Positions 17,060 to 17,720 of a DNA stretch of 17,720 nt are shown in pieces; position 1 is the stretch's first letter, and each line of letters starts with the position of its first letter. The translations under genes and the position numbers were made by a program. Below the pieces are notes generated by a model. The model was not told the DNA's origin, did not search any database, and worked only from the letters and a program-made list of their open reading frames with translations. Source of the stretch: Tubiluchus corallicola (taxonomy: Eukaryota > Animalia > Priapulida); the NCBI GenBank assembly GCA_030141605.1, contig JAQGDQ010002499.1:1-17720 (forward strand). Reading direction: 5' to 3'.

Positions 17060-17238
17060 AATGAAATACAAAAAACATAGTACGTAGAAAATTCATAAAA
17101 CAGATTAGAGACAGTAGAAAAAGACAAGTAGCAAAACTACTATCCTCTCACAACCCAATATATCAAAACCTATTCTAATAAAAGATATATAAAATGGCAT
17201 CGTATTAAAAAAAATGAGATATAACTCCAATAATTATA

Positions 17239-17246
17239 TAAATTTG
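17239..17246 (+). promoter_or_regulatory. Candidate -7 promoter element for tRNA-Ala
   Basis: TAAATTTG matches TAnnTTTG, 11 nt before the tRNA 5' end. Confidence 0.55.
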
Positions 17247-17257
17247 TATTTTCAAAA

Positions 17258-17331
17258 GGGGGCTTAGCTCAGATGGCTAGAGCGTTTGACTGGCAGTCAA
17301 GAGGTCGGGGGTTCGATTCCCCCAGTCTCCA
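17258..17331 (+). tRNA. tRNA-Ala(GGC), CCA not encoded
   Basis: Acceptor GGGGGCT/AGTCTCC with G3-U70 and discriminator A. D stem GCTC/GAGC. Anticodon arm TTTGA-CTGGCAG-TCAAG. T arm GGGGG-TTCGATT-CCCCC. Confidence 0.97.
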
Positions 17332-17342
17332 CGGTTGATTTT

Positions 17343-17374
17343 AAAGCCTTACATGCTTATGTGTGTAAGGCTTT
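17343..17374 (+). terminator. Probable intrinsic terminator hairpin after the tRNA; also the apex of the fold-back
   Basis: aaagccttacatgc-ttat-gtgtgtaaggcttt, a 14-bp stem with two G-U pairs near the loop. Confidence 0.65.
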
Positions 17375-17720
17375 AAAAATCAACCGTGGAAGACTGGGAG
17401 TCAGATATGACTGCCAGTCCGCTGTAACTAAATTTATATTAATTATTGAATTACTTCATTTTTAATACGATGCCATTTTATATATCTTTTATTAGAAATA
17501 GGTTTTGATCGGATTGTAATGAATTTTGCTATTTATAAATTTTACTTTACGTATTGCTTATATTTCATCGATGTAAACTGACTTTGTTACGTAAGTTACA
17601 TTGCAGAACGTACTTCTCCACTAACTCTTCCGTCAGAAATCTCTTTGTTTCTGGAAAACATCTCTCTAAAGCTCTGTTGTTTCGCAGATGAATTTACTAT
17701 TTATCGTATTCTAATTGATT
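17361..17720. repeat. Degraded fold-back (inverted) copy of about 16882-17356 (tRNA, spacer, lysA 3' end); likely sequencing or amplification artefact
   Basis: aaaatcaaccgtgga, tgactgccagtc, taatacgatgccattttatatatcttttattagaa, tacgtaagtta and ctgttgtttcgcagatg are reverse complements of upstream sequence in mirrored order. About 475 nt is compressed into 360 nt. Confidence 0.93.

Noticed and set aside
17375-17420. tRNA 3'-end repeat as an attL/attR integration scar or second tRNA
   Set aside because: att duplications are direct repeats. This one is inverted and part of a continuous mirror extending into lysA, with no integrase.
1-17720. CRISPR array, IS element or prophage
   Set aside because: No regularly spaced short repeats and no transposase, integrase or phage-like ORFs seen.

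Overview
AT-rich Bacteroidota chromosomal segment (TAnnTTTG promoters, SprE/PorW, Bacteroidota-type LptD divergent from an amidase). The intact core (about 3750-17360) reads: amiA (truncated) <- | lptD -> DUF4136 lipoprotein -> | <- sprE/porW | POT peptide transporter -> signal-peptide nickel SOD (sodN) -> | <- CoA-binding protein | DUF3108 -> lysC -> lysA -> tRNA-Ala(GGC). Both ends are inverted copies of this core. 1-2283 is the reverse complement of 4110-6392, and 2279-3749 is the reverse complement of 7103-8580. The joins have 5-7 nt microhomologies and create two in-frame chimeric ORFs. 17361-17720 is a deletion-rich fold-back starting at the tRNA terminator hairpin. The simplest reading is amplification (MDA) or long-read chimeras rather than a novel system. 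However, the left-hand copies carry clustered, mostly synonymous substitutions, implying a second real haplotype. The best genuine biological lead is an apparently exported NiSOD with no adjacent sodX, lying 9 nt behind a POT transporter gene.
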